From Nemertoderma westbladi (Eukaryota; Animalia; Xenacoelomorpha), in assembly GCA_032718475.1 (NCBI GenBank), contig JAUCBJ010008261.1, positions 1 to 64,000 of the forward strand: a DNA stretch of 64,000 nucleotides, written 5' to 3'. Every line of letters begins with the position of its first letter. The stretch's first letter is position 1. A program made the position numbers and the translations under genes. The notes beneath the pieces are model-generated. The model had not been told where the DNA came from and did not search any database. It saw only the letters and a list, made by a program, of their open reading frames with translations. Shown here one piece after another: positions 12,871 to 24,881 of this stretch.

Positions 12871-15625
12871 TAGATGGGATTCAGTTGTTTCCGTCGCTCT
12901 CTCTATATATAGACAGTAAACAGCAACACAGATTAGCGACGAACTTTATATGAAATACCAGTTGAAGACAGTTTTTACTTAGAAACCATGAATGGGAGAC
13001 AGCTTAATTCGCATTATTTTATAATTTTGTGTTAAGTATTTTTAGATAATTAGTCATTATTATCGTATGTAATAATTCACACAAGAATTTGCACCACAGG
13101 TTTCTTGGACGTATTTTTAACTTGTATATTTATTTTTTATACAACAGACGTGTTTCATCAGTACTAATTACATAATTTGTTACATTATTCATTCTTGCTG
13201 TATATATTGCATATAATGGCGAATTAATGCTATTAACTTTTGACGCATTTGCAACTATATATATATATATTTCATGTGTATGATAAAAAGGCATATATGT
13301 TACATACATATATCGCATCATTTTACTACAATTCAACATTGTTTTGGTGATAGCATTAACTAATGTTTCCTTTATTAAATGAGAAAAAAATATTTAAAAC
13401 AAAAATAATATCTAAAAGTATTAGTTAGTTAGTTTATTTATGATGATCTTAATCTGATGATTGTAATCTGAACACTGTATATTGTATAATTCATAGCCCC
13501 ATAATAAAAACAAATTGGCAAGATACCATCATATCAGTTCATTATTACCAGCATTAATTCAACACAGTGGCGATCCACTTAGACTATTTACTATATCTAA
13601 TGGAAACTACCCATTTACAAGCGAGTTTATCAAAAGTGAAGCAGTTTAGCACAGAAAAAGCTTTCTTCGTGGTGGATTAAGTAATTTTATGTTCATTGGT
13701 ACTTTGCACTGGTTGAACAAAAAAATAGTGTGTGACATCTGACTTAAGTCAGATGTCGTGAAGTCAGATGATGTGACATCTGACTTAAGACCTAAAATAC
13801 ACTGAGAGCGCCACAAAGGCGTAATCGTTACAAGTAGTCAATACGCCCATTTATCCATGATAACGCCCTTGTTACATTTCCCAAAATCGTTAAAACGCCG
13901 TTATACATAACCATTTATGTCGAATTCGCTACGTGTTACATCCATATATATATATATATATGTATACATTGTATATATATATATTATTATATATTATTAT
14001 ATATATTATTAATATACATTGTAGAACAATATTAGTATTCTTAAATATCCTATTTAAGTATTAAAAAAAAATATATTATAATATATATATATAATTATAT
14101 ATAATAATATATATATATAATTATAATAAAATATATATAATATATTATTAATATACATTGTAGAACAATATTAGTATTCTTAAATAACCTATTTAAGTAT
14201 TAAAAAAAATTTCGTAGGTGTGACCCAAGGTGTAGTAATACCATATTTTTTGTTCTAGAACATCTTTTAGAATAAAATCTGGATTATATTTAAAACGCAT
14301 GGAATCGTTCTAAAACGTGTTTAAAATCAATAAAAAAATTTCAAAATTTTTTTTTTCAAAAAAGTATTGGCTAGATTTCCGTATGTGCCAACATTTTCAG
14401 TTTGCTCTAAAATGTGTTTAGTTTACTAGCTACTACTTTTTAATGTTAGTGTGAAGTATTCTAAGATATTTCGAATTATTTTTTTGTTAAAAAATGTTCT
14501 AGAACATATAATTTTTGTTCTAGAACATTTTTAAAAATTTTATTTTTTTGTTTTTTTTAACACTTTTTTGTATAATTAACATATATCTATAGTAATTTTA
14601 TGTACTCAAGTAATAATTTACAATTATAGCTAGCAATTTATATCTATAGCTATAGCCTATAGTCTATAGCCTATAGTCTATAGCCTATAGTCTATAGTTA
14701 TATCTATAGCTAGCCCTAGCTAACATTTTAAAAAATGTTCTGGAATGCTATCGTTATGGTTAGTTGTTAATAATTATTTTTAAAGGAACAAATATTCTAG
14801 AATATTTTTTCCTCGAAAATTGATAATAAAAATGTTCTAGAACATTTGGTACATGTTCTAGAACATTTAATAAATGGTCTAGATCTCTTGCCAATAGATA
14901 AAAACCAGGCAAAATAGCATAAACAATTTTAAAATTGAAAATTTTTTTTAATAATTTTCTTTTTAAGAGTAAGAAATTTATTTTCTCGAAAATTCATAAT
15001 TAAAATGTTCTAGAACATTTTTTTAAAGTTCTAGAATAATCAATATACGTTCTAGAACATTTATCAAGAGAAAAACCTGACAAAAAAGCATGAGAATTTG
15101 TTGAAAAAAAAACAACGAAAATGTTGGCACATACGGAACTGTTCCCAAATTTTTTAAACAATATTTTTTTTCACAATTTTTTTTATTGATTTTTAACACG
15201 TTTTAGAACGATTCCATGCGTTTTAAATATAAACCAGATTTTTTTCTAAAAAATGTTCTAGAACAAAAAATATTTCTTCTAGAACATAATTTTTATTAAA
15301 AATGAATAGCTAACATCTTCTTGAACATTTTCTATACAATTAGTAACTAAGAACTAGCTACTACAAAATATTTATAGAAGGAAGTAGGATGTCGGAACCA
15401 GTGTCGATATTACTAGCTAAACCTACCTAAAACACTAGCTACCATAAAATTTTGTATCTTACTTAATGGGGAGACTTCAATTACGTCCATTGACCAAATT
15501 GCAGCAAATGAAAATTTATAGAACTCTCCCCATATCAAAATATCAAATTGTTGTAAAAAAAATATTGCCCCCAGTCACCGCCCCCAGTTAACTCGATGGC
15601 ATGGCCTTGTATAAAGTACGCCTTG

Positions 15626-17150
15626 ATCACGAGCCGATCCAACACGCCCTACTGCGCCACATTAGATATATTCTCGCGTCCTGAGCCCAGCCAACACGCC
15701 CTACTGTGCTCCATTAGATATATTCTCGCGTCTTGACCCGAGCCAACATGCCCTATTGCCTTCCATTTGATCTGTTCTCACGTCATGAGCCCAGCCAACA
15801 CGCCCTACTGCGCCCCATTAGCTCTATTCTCGCGTCCTGAGCCCAGCCAACACGCCCTACTGCGCTCCATTAGATATATTCTCGCGTCTTGACCCGAGCC
15901 AACATGCCCTATTGCCTTCCATTTGATCTGTTCTCACGTCATGAGCCCAGCCAACACGCCCTACTGCGCTCCATTAGATATATTCTCGCGTCTTGACCCG
16001 AGCCAACATGCCCTATTGCCTTCCATTTGATCTGTTCTCACGTCATGAGCCCAGCCAACACTCCCTACTGCGCTTCATTAGATATATTCTCGCGTCCTGA
16101 GCCCAGCCAACACTCCCTACTGCGCTTCATTAGATATATTCTCGCGTCCTGAGCCCAGCCAACACGCCCTACTGCGCTCCATTAGATATATTCTCGCATC
16201 TTGACCCGAGCCAACATGCCCTATTGCCTTCCATTTGATCTGTTCTCACGTCATGAGCCCAGCCAACACGCCCTACTGCGCCACATTAGATATATTCTCG
16301 CGTCCTGAGCCCAGCCAACACGCCCTACTGCGCTCCATTAGATATATTCTCGCATCTTGACCCGAGCCAACATGCCCTATTGCCTTCCATTTGATCTGTT
16401 CTCACGTCATGAGCCCAGCCAACACGCCCTACTGCGCCCCATTAGATATATTCTCGCGTCCTGAGCCCAGCCAACACTCCCTACTGCGCCCCATTAGATA
16501 TATTCTCGCGTCCTGAGCCCAGCCAACACGCCCTACTGCGCTCCATTAGATATATTCTCGCGTCTTGACCCGAGCCAACATGCCCTATTGCCTACCATTT
16601 GATCTGTTTTCGCGTCCTGAGCCCAGCCAACACTCCCTACTGCGCTTCATTAGATATATTCTCGCGTCCTGAGCCCAGCCAACACTCCCTACTGCGCCCC
16701 ATTAGATCTATTCTCGCGTCCTGAGCCCAGCCAACACGCCCTACTGCGGTCCATTAGATATATTCTCGCGTCTTGACCCGAGCCAACATGCCCTATTGCC
16801 TTCCATTTGATCTGTTCTCACGTCATGAGCCCAGCCAACACGCCCTACTGCGCTTCATTAGATATATTCTCGCGTCCTGAGCCCAGCCAACACGCCCTAC
16901 TGCGCTCCATTAGATATATTCTCGCGTCTTGACCCGAGCCAACATGCCCTATTGCCTTCCATTTGATCTGTTCTCACGTCATGAGCCGATACAACATACC
17001 CTACTGCGCTCTATTGAATCTATTCTTGCATCCCTAGCCGATCCAACACGCCCTACAGCACTCCATTAGATATATTTTCGAGTCCAGAACCGAGCAAACA
17101 CGCTATACTGCGCTCAATTAGACCTATATTATCTCGCGTCCCGAGCCGAG
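15626..17150 (+). repeat. 52-bp satellite (~29 units, two interspersed variants)
   Basis: Unit gagcccagccaacacgccctactgcgctccattagatatattctcgcgtcct, with the variant gacccgagccaacatgccctattgccttccatttgatctgttctcacgtcat every 2-4 units. Confidence 0.95.
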
Positions 17151-17973
17151 ACTATACACAAAAAATTGTTCCCAAATGGGACAAAAAATTGATAATAAGG
17201 TCTAATTCATCTATACATATTGCATTCGTCCTACGTACATCAATAGTCAAACAGTATTTGGTTAAATTTTACTATATTACTTTGCAGAAGAAATACGTTC
17301 CCATATAGTGTTCCCAAATGGGACAATAGCTGGTCGTTTTTGATACAGTAGGACACAAATAGGGCCTGTATATTCGTTATGTAATTTTAAATGATTTTTT
17401 TTAGAGTAATACATCGAGTAAAATTATTTTATAATTTTTGATATTCTATTTTGTTTTTTATAATTTGGCATGTCAAAAGACCAACTTGAAGTTTGAAAAC
17501 ACTTGAAGTTGAAAATTAAAAACAATATTCCACTCTTCCTAAACATATTAACATTAAGAAAAGTAATACGGTATAAGTCTAAATTAAATTTCCTCCAGTT
17601 GAATTTAAAAAAGTGCTCCCAATTGGGAACACTGGGAGAGTTAATATGGTAAAAAAATTGTTAAAAAATTAGGTACCAAATATTTGGTTTTGTAATTTTA
17701 AAAACAGTAGCTACCTAAAAAAAACACTAGCTACCACAAAAAAAAACAATAGCTACCACAAAAAAAAACAATAGCTAACGTCTCTCAGAAGATTACATTT
17801 CTGCATTTATGTTATAAAACAAAAAACACCATGATAATAGTTATTAACATGGACAAATAATTGGTTAAAAAGTGGATACCCATAACATAGTAATGCCGCT
17901 AGTGAATAATTACTAGCTACTTTGACTTTCAAATAAAAATTACTAGCTACGATGACTCATGAATTATGGTTGG

Positions 17974-18140
17974 AGTTCCGCCCGTGGCTACATTTTGTTC
18001 TTATAGTTCCACCCGTGGCTACATATTGTTCTTATAGTTCCGCCCGTGGCTACATTTTGTTCTTATAGTTCCACCCGTGGCTACATTTCGTTCTTATAGT
18101 TCCGCCCGTGGCTACATTTTGTTCTTATAGTTCCGCCCGT
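17974..18140 (+). repeat. 31-bp minisatellite (~5 units)
   Basis: gttccgcccgtggctacattttgttcttata repeated; a single inverted copy at 24858-24880. Confidence 0.9.
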
Positions 18141-18570
18141 TTAAAAATAAATATTGTTTGAGTCTTTGACTTTGGATTTTCTAAGATGTTTTCATTGATA
18201 AATGTTAAACATTAATAAGTGACTAGGCCCTACTGTAATTGTTATTTAATCCAGCTAGTGTTTTTAATATTAGCTATTGTTTTTTTTATGGTAACTTATA
18301 TCAAATATTTTTAAAAACATTTTTTAATTGATTTTTTTTTGTGTTATGTTATTGATGTTAATGTTTAAGCAACACTGAAAATATATTTTTTAGATTATTA
18401 GCTAATCCGCTACCACAATTTTAAAAAAATAGTAGCTAAAAATAGTTCCGCACACCTCCCCACTAGCTACCAGAAATAATATATTTTTAGCAGCGGGATG
18501 TTTTAGAACACTAATATGTGAGAAACTGCTTAGAGATAGCTAGTTAAGCTATAACGATACCGGTATAACT

Positions 18571-19088
18571 AAAGATAGCTAGCTAATAAGTAAAGTAAAG
18601 ATATAGCTAGCTAATAAGTAAAGTAAAGATATAGCTAGCTAATAAGTAAAGTAAAGATATAGCTAGCTAATAAGTAAAGTAAAGATATAGCTAGCTAATA
18701 AGTAAAGTAAAGATATAGCTAGCTAATAAGTAAAGTAAAGATATAGCTAGCTAATAAGTAAAGTAAAGATATAGCTAGCTAATAAGTAAAGTAAAGATAT
18801 AGCTAGCTAATAAGTAAAGTAAAGATATAGCTAGCTAATAAGTAAAGTAAAGATATAGCTAGCTAATAAGTAAAGTAAAGATATAGCTAGCTAATAAGTA
18901 AAGTAAAGATATAGCTAGCTAATAAGTAAAGTAAAGATATAGCTAACTAATAAGTAAAGTAAAGATATAGCTAGCTAATAAGTAAAGTAAAGATATAGCT
19001 AGCTAATAAGTAAAGTAAAGATATAGCTAGCTAATAAGTAAAGTAAAGATATAGCTAGCTAATAAGTAAAGTAAAGATATAGCTAGCT
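18571..19088 (+). repeat. 28-bp satellite, left part (~18 units)
   Basis: Unit atatagctagctaataagtaaagtaaag, almost homogeneous. Confidence 0.97.
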
Positions 19089-19294
19089 TTTTTTACTCTG
19101 ACTGTCTGATTTTTTTTTTTTTTTAACTTACTAGTTTATTATATAATTTGCACAATATCAGCATAACTCTTTTACAGGCACTTTATTAATAGAACAAAAT
19201 AAATAATTCCTACACCGATACCGATAATAAAAAAAATAATAAATAAAGAAAGAAGGGCCTGTTTAGAGGCCTATGACTACCACTGACAGTCAGT

Positions 19295-22200
19295 CTAGCC
19301 GGTGTTGGTATCAGCGTTAGTCAGGCGAATCGAGTCTGCGGACACCTGATGATAAACGGGGCGTTTGGTGGCGGATCTCGCTCCACGGAGACACATCAAA
19401 CTGGAGCGGAGAAGCGCGAAGCTTATCTTCCTCCGCGTCCAGCAGATACACTCAGAGTAGCTGAGGTCGCGACGATCCGAGAGTTTAAGCGATAAACGCT
19501 TAACGAACTGTTGCATCGCTGGCGCGGTACCACCAAAGGCTGAAAGTATCAGAGGCACAAACGACGACAGTTCGACCTCTCGGATGCGCTCCTCGTACTT
19601 CAGGCGTTTCCGCGCCTCGTGGTGGGAATAAGCGCCCTCGGTGGTCATGGCTGCGTTGGTGGCCGCTAGAGGGTTGTAGACCGAGACGTCGAAGTAAGTC
19701 TTCTCGAACCGGCCACCCCAGAACCCGCTGACAGAGACGTCCAACCTCGCCTGATCTTCTGTGGAGGTGGATCTGTGGGTGAACTCCTCACCTGTTAGAG
19801 GCTGGAGTGTTGGCTCTACTGCGACGTTGTGGGCTACTTCGGTTAGCGCGTCGGCAACGAAATCGCGTATCTCGTTGTGCCTTATCGAGGGATAACCCCC
19901 GGTGGGGCACGACAGGACGTGTGAAGGGGAAAATCGTTCCCCACAGACACAACGAGAAGGGAGCGACTTCGGTTGCCAGCCATAGCGCAGACACAGAGCG
20001 TCGCGGAACTCTTCCTTAGACAGGTGAGTTTTGTGAAGGGTGACCGGTTTTGAGTTCAACCAAGCTGAAGCCCCCTTCTCCGACACCAGCTCCCTCAGAT
20101 TCTGTTGGGACTCCGACAGCCGACCATGACATTCTGTTGTTTTGGTCTTAGACGCCACGAAGGATTCAGCCTTTATCAGATTAGTGATATGGTTCTGATC
20201 CTCCCTGATGTCTGACATGGTCTCGGCTGTCGCCCCGTCTAGCGGTTCGCAGACCCGGCAGGAGTTCGCAAACTGGTTGGTGAGGTCTGAGGGGAGAGGG
20301 ATACCCAAACCGCCGTTCCTTATGGGTAGAGAGAGGAGCTGGCGTTCGTTGTCTGGGATCGAAGGGCGGTCGGCAATCTTGCACAGACATCGCAGAACTG
20401 CGCCCTCAAGGTCATCGAAATGGAGGGCGGCGTTCGGGACCACCCTCGCGAGGAACCGCCAGCGACAGGACAACCCCAGCGCCAGGTTAGAGTAGGCGCA
20501 GTGGGGGTCGATGCTGGCGATGTCGCCGAGTCGGTCGACCTCTGCGACGAACTCCTCGACCTTGGAGGTGATGTAGGCCTGGCGGTACTCGGCAGACCCC
20601 ACCACACCGCCTAGGAGTTTGTTCCCCCCCGCGGAGATGACGATCCCGGTTCCCGCGAATATCTCCTCTGCTTCCGCCAGTTTCTCCGACTTCACCGTCA
20701 GGTGGCACTTGGATGGGTAGTACCCGTACAGTGGACCACGCGTTACCACCACGTCCCACATCTTCCTTAGTTCCCGGAGGGCACCCTCCGCGTTGCCGTC
20801 ATCGGCGAACCATTTCTGGTTCACCACGCAGGCGGCAGCGATCTCCGATAGCAATGGCCGCGTCCCAGCGGAGAACATTGGCATCGCAGCCGGGTCCCCC
20901 TGGGTCGACCCCTCCCTGGAGTAGATAGTCTCCCCCCCTACAAACAGTCGCGTTGGTTCGCTGTAACAGTTCGTTACGATGGTGTGAAGGGAGGGACAGA
21001 CGTGGCGGATGTTATGGATGGCGGCATCGCGGTTCAGCGAGTTGAATGCGTTGGTGGCGTCGATCTGGAGGACGGCCTCGCAGTCGTCCTCTGAGAATGT
21101 CTCGTTCAGACTGTGTATGGCATATTCTATGCCAGCTTTCTGGCCCATACACAGCTGAGTCGACCCACCAACGCTCTGAAGATCCTCTGTGATGCACCGC
21201 ATCGCCGCCTTCCCAATAACCCTCCGTAGAACCTCGCCGATGCCGATCGGACGAACTCCGGGGCACTTATCGAGCGCCAACAGCCGACAGGAGAGGAGCG
21301 CCGACATCACGCCAGAGGGCAGCACATCCTGACTAATCCGTTTCGCCATGTCGGCTATGGCACCACACAGGTCAACGGATTGTTGGCGGAACTTGGTCAG
21401 GATGTGCTTCCACCCCTGGACATCCAACCCAGAAGGACCAGCACCGTTACCTCTCATCCGGAGAAGACTCGATAGGATGAGGGGGCCATCTAGCCGCTCG
21501 AACACGACGTTATGGTGTTCTGGCGCTCCATCCCACTCCGTCAGGAGCACTGAACTGTCAGCTGGGGCGGCTGGCGGGTGTTTCTCCAGCAGAACGTCCC
21601 TCACCCATCGGGTAGCCCCGTTCTTATCAACAAAGGTGTCTGACAGTTTCATGGGACTACCTTTGTTGATATCGGAGAGACAAGGGGTGGCCGCTGACAC
21701 GTTCCCAGTCAGCATGTGGCGTACAAACGCCTTCCGGAGCGCCTCTGTATCTGATTTCTTTACCCGGGATGTTGGAAGGTGTTTTTTGATGGCTCTCGCT
21801 TCCGCCAACAGCTGTAGGAATCGACCAGCCTGCCAATCACACAGGCGACGTTCCAGAATCTTCCTGTGGGTCGCTGCGTTGGATGACCTACTGGGTTTCT
21901 GTAACAGGAGCGCTGGTATGCATATCAGTGCATAAAGGGCGATCTCCTGTAACTCTGATCCTGATGTAAACAGTTTAACCAGCCGTGTATACTCGGAGAC
22001 CAACTCTCTACCTCCAGCGCCCATAGGAACTAAAAATAGGTTGGGTCTCCAGTGTACGATGGTGTTGTACACCTTCTCCACAGAACTAGAGATCTCCTGG
22101 ACTGGTAGAGTTGTATTACACCAAGATACAGTGTGAGTTGGGATGGACGACTGACCCGCGACTGTAGGGGGCTGACACTTTGTTGAAGTGAGTCCAACAC

Positions 22201-22457
22201 TGGACAGGGAGGATGGCAGAGGTCGACCGATAGATGCCGAGGGTGCCAACTGGACTGGTGGGGGACCCGGCTGGATTGCTGGGGGACCCGACCGGACTGA
22301 AGGGGGACCCGACTGTTCTGAAGGGAGACCCGACTGGACTGCTGGGGGACCCGACTGGACTCCTGAGGGACCCGACTGGTCTGATGGGGGACCTGACTGG
22401 ACTGCTGGGGGACCCGACTGGACTCCTGAGGGACCCGACTGGTCTGAAGGGGGACCC
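19295..22457 (-). CDS. RT + zinc knuckle + restriction-like endonuclease ORF (N-terminally truncated, otherwise uninterrupted)
   Basis: GVRPIGIGEVLRR, IDATNAFNSLNR, EGSTQGDP, WFADDG (RT); CVCGERFSPSHVLSC, RHNEIRD, RLDVSV...YFDVSV...EARKRLKY (RLE). The motif style matches animal CRE-like elements. The ORF-track start is a junction artefact. Confidence 0.9.
22230..22457 (-). repeat. 21-bp coding tandem repeat (GPPSDQS/GPPAVQS-like heptads)
   Basis: gggacccgactgg... period 21, about 11 units. Confidence 0.9.
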
Positions 22458-22458
22458 A

Positions 22459-24728
22459 AAAGATATAGCTAGCTAATAAGTAAAGTAAAGATATAGCTAG
22501 CTAATAAGTAAAGTAAAGATATAGATAGCTAATAAGTAAAGTAAAGATATAGCTAGCTAATAAGTAAAGTAAAGATATAGCTAACTAATAAGTAAAGTAA
22601 AGATATAGCTAACTAATAAGTAAAGTAAAGATATAGCTAACTAATAAGTAAAGTAAAGATATAGCTAACTAATAAGTAAAGTAAAGATATAGCTAACTAA
22701 TAAGTAAAGTAAAGATATAGCTAACTAATAAGTAAAGTAAAGATATAGCTAACTAATAAGTAAAGTAAAGATATAGCTAACTAATAAGTAAAGTAAAGAT
22801 ATAGCTAACTAATAAGTAAAGTAAAGATATAGCTAGCTAATAAGTAAAGTAAAGATATAGCTAACTAATAAGTAAAGTAAAGATATAGCTAACTAATAAG
22901 TAAAGTAAAGATATAGCTAACTAATAAGTAAAGTAAAGATATAGCTAACTAATAAGTAAAGTAAAGATATAGCTAGCTAATAAGTATAGTAAAGATATAG
23001 CTAGCTAATAAGTAAAGTAAAGATATAGCTAACTAATAAGTAAAGTAAAGATATAGCTAGTTAATAAGTAAAGTAAAGATATAGCTAGCTAATAAGTAAA
23101 GTAAAGATATAGCTAACTAATAAGTAAAGTAAAGATATAGCTAGTTAATAAGTAAAGTAAAGATATAGCTAACTAATAAGTAAAGTAAAGATATAGCTAG
23201 TTAATAAGTAAAGTAAAGATATAGCTAGCTAATAAGTAAAGTAAAGATATAGCTAACTAATAAGTAAAGTAAAGATATAGCTAGTTAATAAGTAAAGTAA
23301 AGATATAGCTAGCTAATAAGTAAAGTAAAGATATAGCTAGCTAATAAGTAAAGTAAAGATATAGCTAGCTAATAAGTAAAGTAAAGATATAGCTAGCTAA
23401 TAAGTAAAGTAAAGATATAGCTAACTAATAAGTAAAGTAAAGATATAGCTAACTAATAAGTAAAGTAAAGATATAGCTAACTAATAAGTAAAGTAAAGAT
23501 ATAGCTAACTAATAAGTAAAGTAAAGATATAGCTAACTAATAAGTAAAGTAAAGATATAGCTAACTAATAAGTAAAGTAAAGATATAGCTAGCTAATAAG
23601 TAAAGTAAAGATATAGCTAACTAATAAGTAAAGTAAAGATATAGCTAACTAATAAGTAAAGTAATGATATAGCTAACTAATAAGTAAAGTAAAGATATAG
23701 CTAACTAATAAGTAAAGTAAAGATATAGCTAGCTAATAAGTAAAGTAAAGATATAGCTAGCTAATAAGTAAAGTAAAGATATAGCTAACTAATAAGTAAA
23801 GTAAAGATATAGCTAGTTAATAAGTAAAGTAAAGATATAGCTAGCTAATAAGTAAAGTAAAGATATAGCTAACTAATAAGTAAAGTAAAGATATAGCTAG
23901 TTAATAAGTAAAGTAAAGATATAGCTAACTAATAAGTAAAGTAAAGATATAGCTAGTTAATAAGTAAAGTAAAGATATAGCTAGCTAATAAGTAAAGTAA
24001 AGATATAGCTAACTAATAAGTAAAGTAAAGATATAGCTAGTTAATAAGTAAAGTAAAGATATAGCTAGCTAAAAAGTAAAGTAAAGATATAGCTAGCTAA
24101 TAAGTAAAGTAAAGATATAGCTAGCTAATAAGTAAAGTAAAGATATAGCTAGCTAATAAGTAAAGTAAAGATATAGCTAGCTAATAAGTAAAGTAAAGAT
24201 ATAGCTAACTAATAAGTAAAGTAAAGATATAGCTAGTTAATAAGTAAAGTAAAGATATAGCTAGCTAATAAGTAAAGTAAAGATATAGCTAGTTAATTTT
24301 TTTTTTTTTAACTTTACAAGCCTCATTTATTCACAAAATAATAAAAACCTTCAGAAATACAAACACAATTATAGGCACTATAACAAACAATTAAAAACAG
24401 TAATTACAGAAACGCGGGAAATTTAAAAAACAATTGTACAACCACCACCAGCTGTATTTGACGGCTGCCTAGTTAATAAGTAAAGTAAAGATATAGCTAG
24501 CTAATAAGTAAAGTAAAGATATAGCTAGCTAATAAGTAAAGTAAAGATATAGCTAACTAATAAGTAAAGTAAAGATATAGCTAGCTAATAAGTAAAGTAA
24601 AGATATAGCTAACTAATAAGTAAAGTAAAGATATAGCTAACTAATAAGTAAAGTAAAGATATAGCTAACTAATAAGTAAAGTAAAGATATAGCTAACTAA
24701 TAAGTAAAGTAAAGATATAGCTAACTAG
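22459..24728 (+). repeat. 28-bp satellite, right part (~75 units, three variants)
   Basis: Same unit with ctagct/ctaact/ctagtt variants; interrupted at 24297-24468. Confidence 0.97.
24297..24468 (-). mobile_element. Short poly(A) retro-insertion (3' end of a LINE/SINE)
   Basis: T-run from 24297, minus-strand AATAAA at ~24327-24332, TSD CTAGTTAA at 24289-24296 and 24469-24476. Confidence 0.8.
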
Positions 24729-24881
24729 ATTAAAAATACTAGCTACCATAGAAAAACATTATATTTTAATCAATACCAGTAACTTACATGTTCTAGAACA
24801 TTTAAAACAACAAAATGTGAGAACACTAACTAGTATAATAGTACAGTTAAAAATGCAAAAATGTAGCCACGGGCGGAACTG

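Larger units (their letters stand above)
6044..15625. mobile_element. 9.6-kb non-autonomous long-TIR DNA transposon, P-superfamily-like
   Basis: TSD ATCACGAG at 6036-6043 and 15626-15633. Termini CAAGGCGTACT...AGTACGCCTTG. Inverted arms ~350 bp (6044-6400 vs 15275-15625). CANRG end plus 8-bp TSD fits P elements, but hAT is not excluded. No transposase seen. Confidence 0.8.
19089..22458 (-). mobile_element. 5'-truncated CRE-like (RLE-type) non-LTR retrotransposon inserted in the 28-bp satellite
   Basis: Minus-strand AATAAA and poly(A) (T-run 19110-19124). Candidate TSD AAAGATATAGCTAGCT at 19073-19088 and 22459-22474 (ambiguous modulo 28 bp). The 5' end breaks inside a 21-bp coding repeat. Confidence 0.88.

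Noticed and set aside
11280-13690. Short coding-looking patches (11280-11560, 12900-13010, 13565-13685) as transposase exons
   Set aside because: Translations show stops and no recognisable motifs.
15626-17150. CRISPR or coding repeat
   Set aside because: Pure tandem 52-mers with no unique spacers and no ORF.
5468-17644. TTAA-bounded element enclosing the 52-bp satellite (TTCCCAAATGGGAC motifs on both sides)
   Set aside because: The subterminal motifs are suggestive, but the putative termini do not match well enough to call.
19788-22476. Short overlapping ORFs within the CRE-like ORF (likewise within the BEL and piggyBac ORFs)
   Set aside because: Shadow frames of GC-richer coding sequence.
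18571-24728. CRISPR-like array beside a reverse transcriptase
   Set aside because: The 28-bp units are contiguous with no spacers, there are no cas genes, and the context is eukaryotic.
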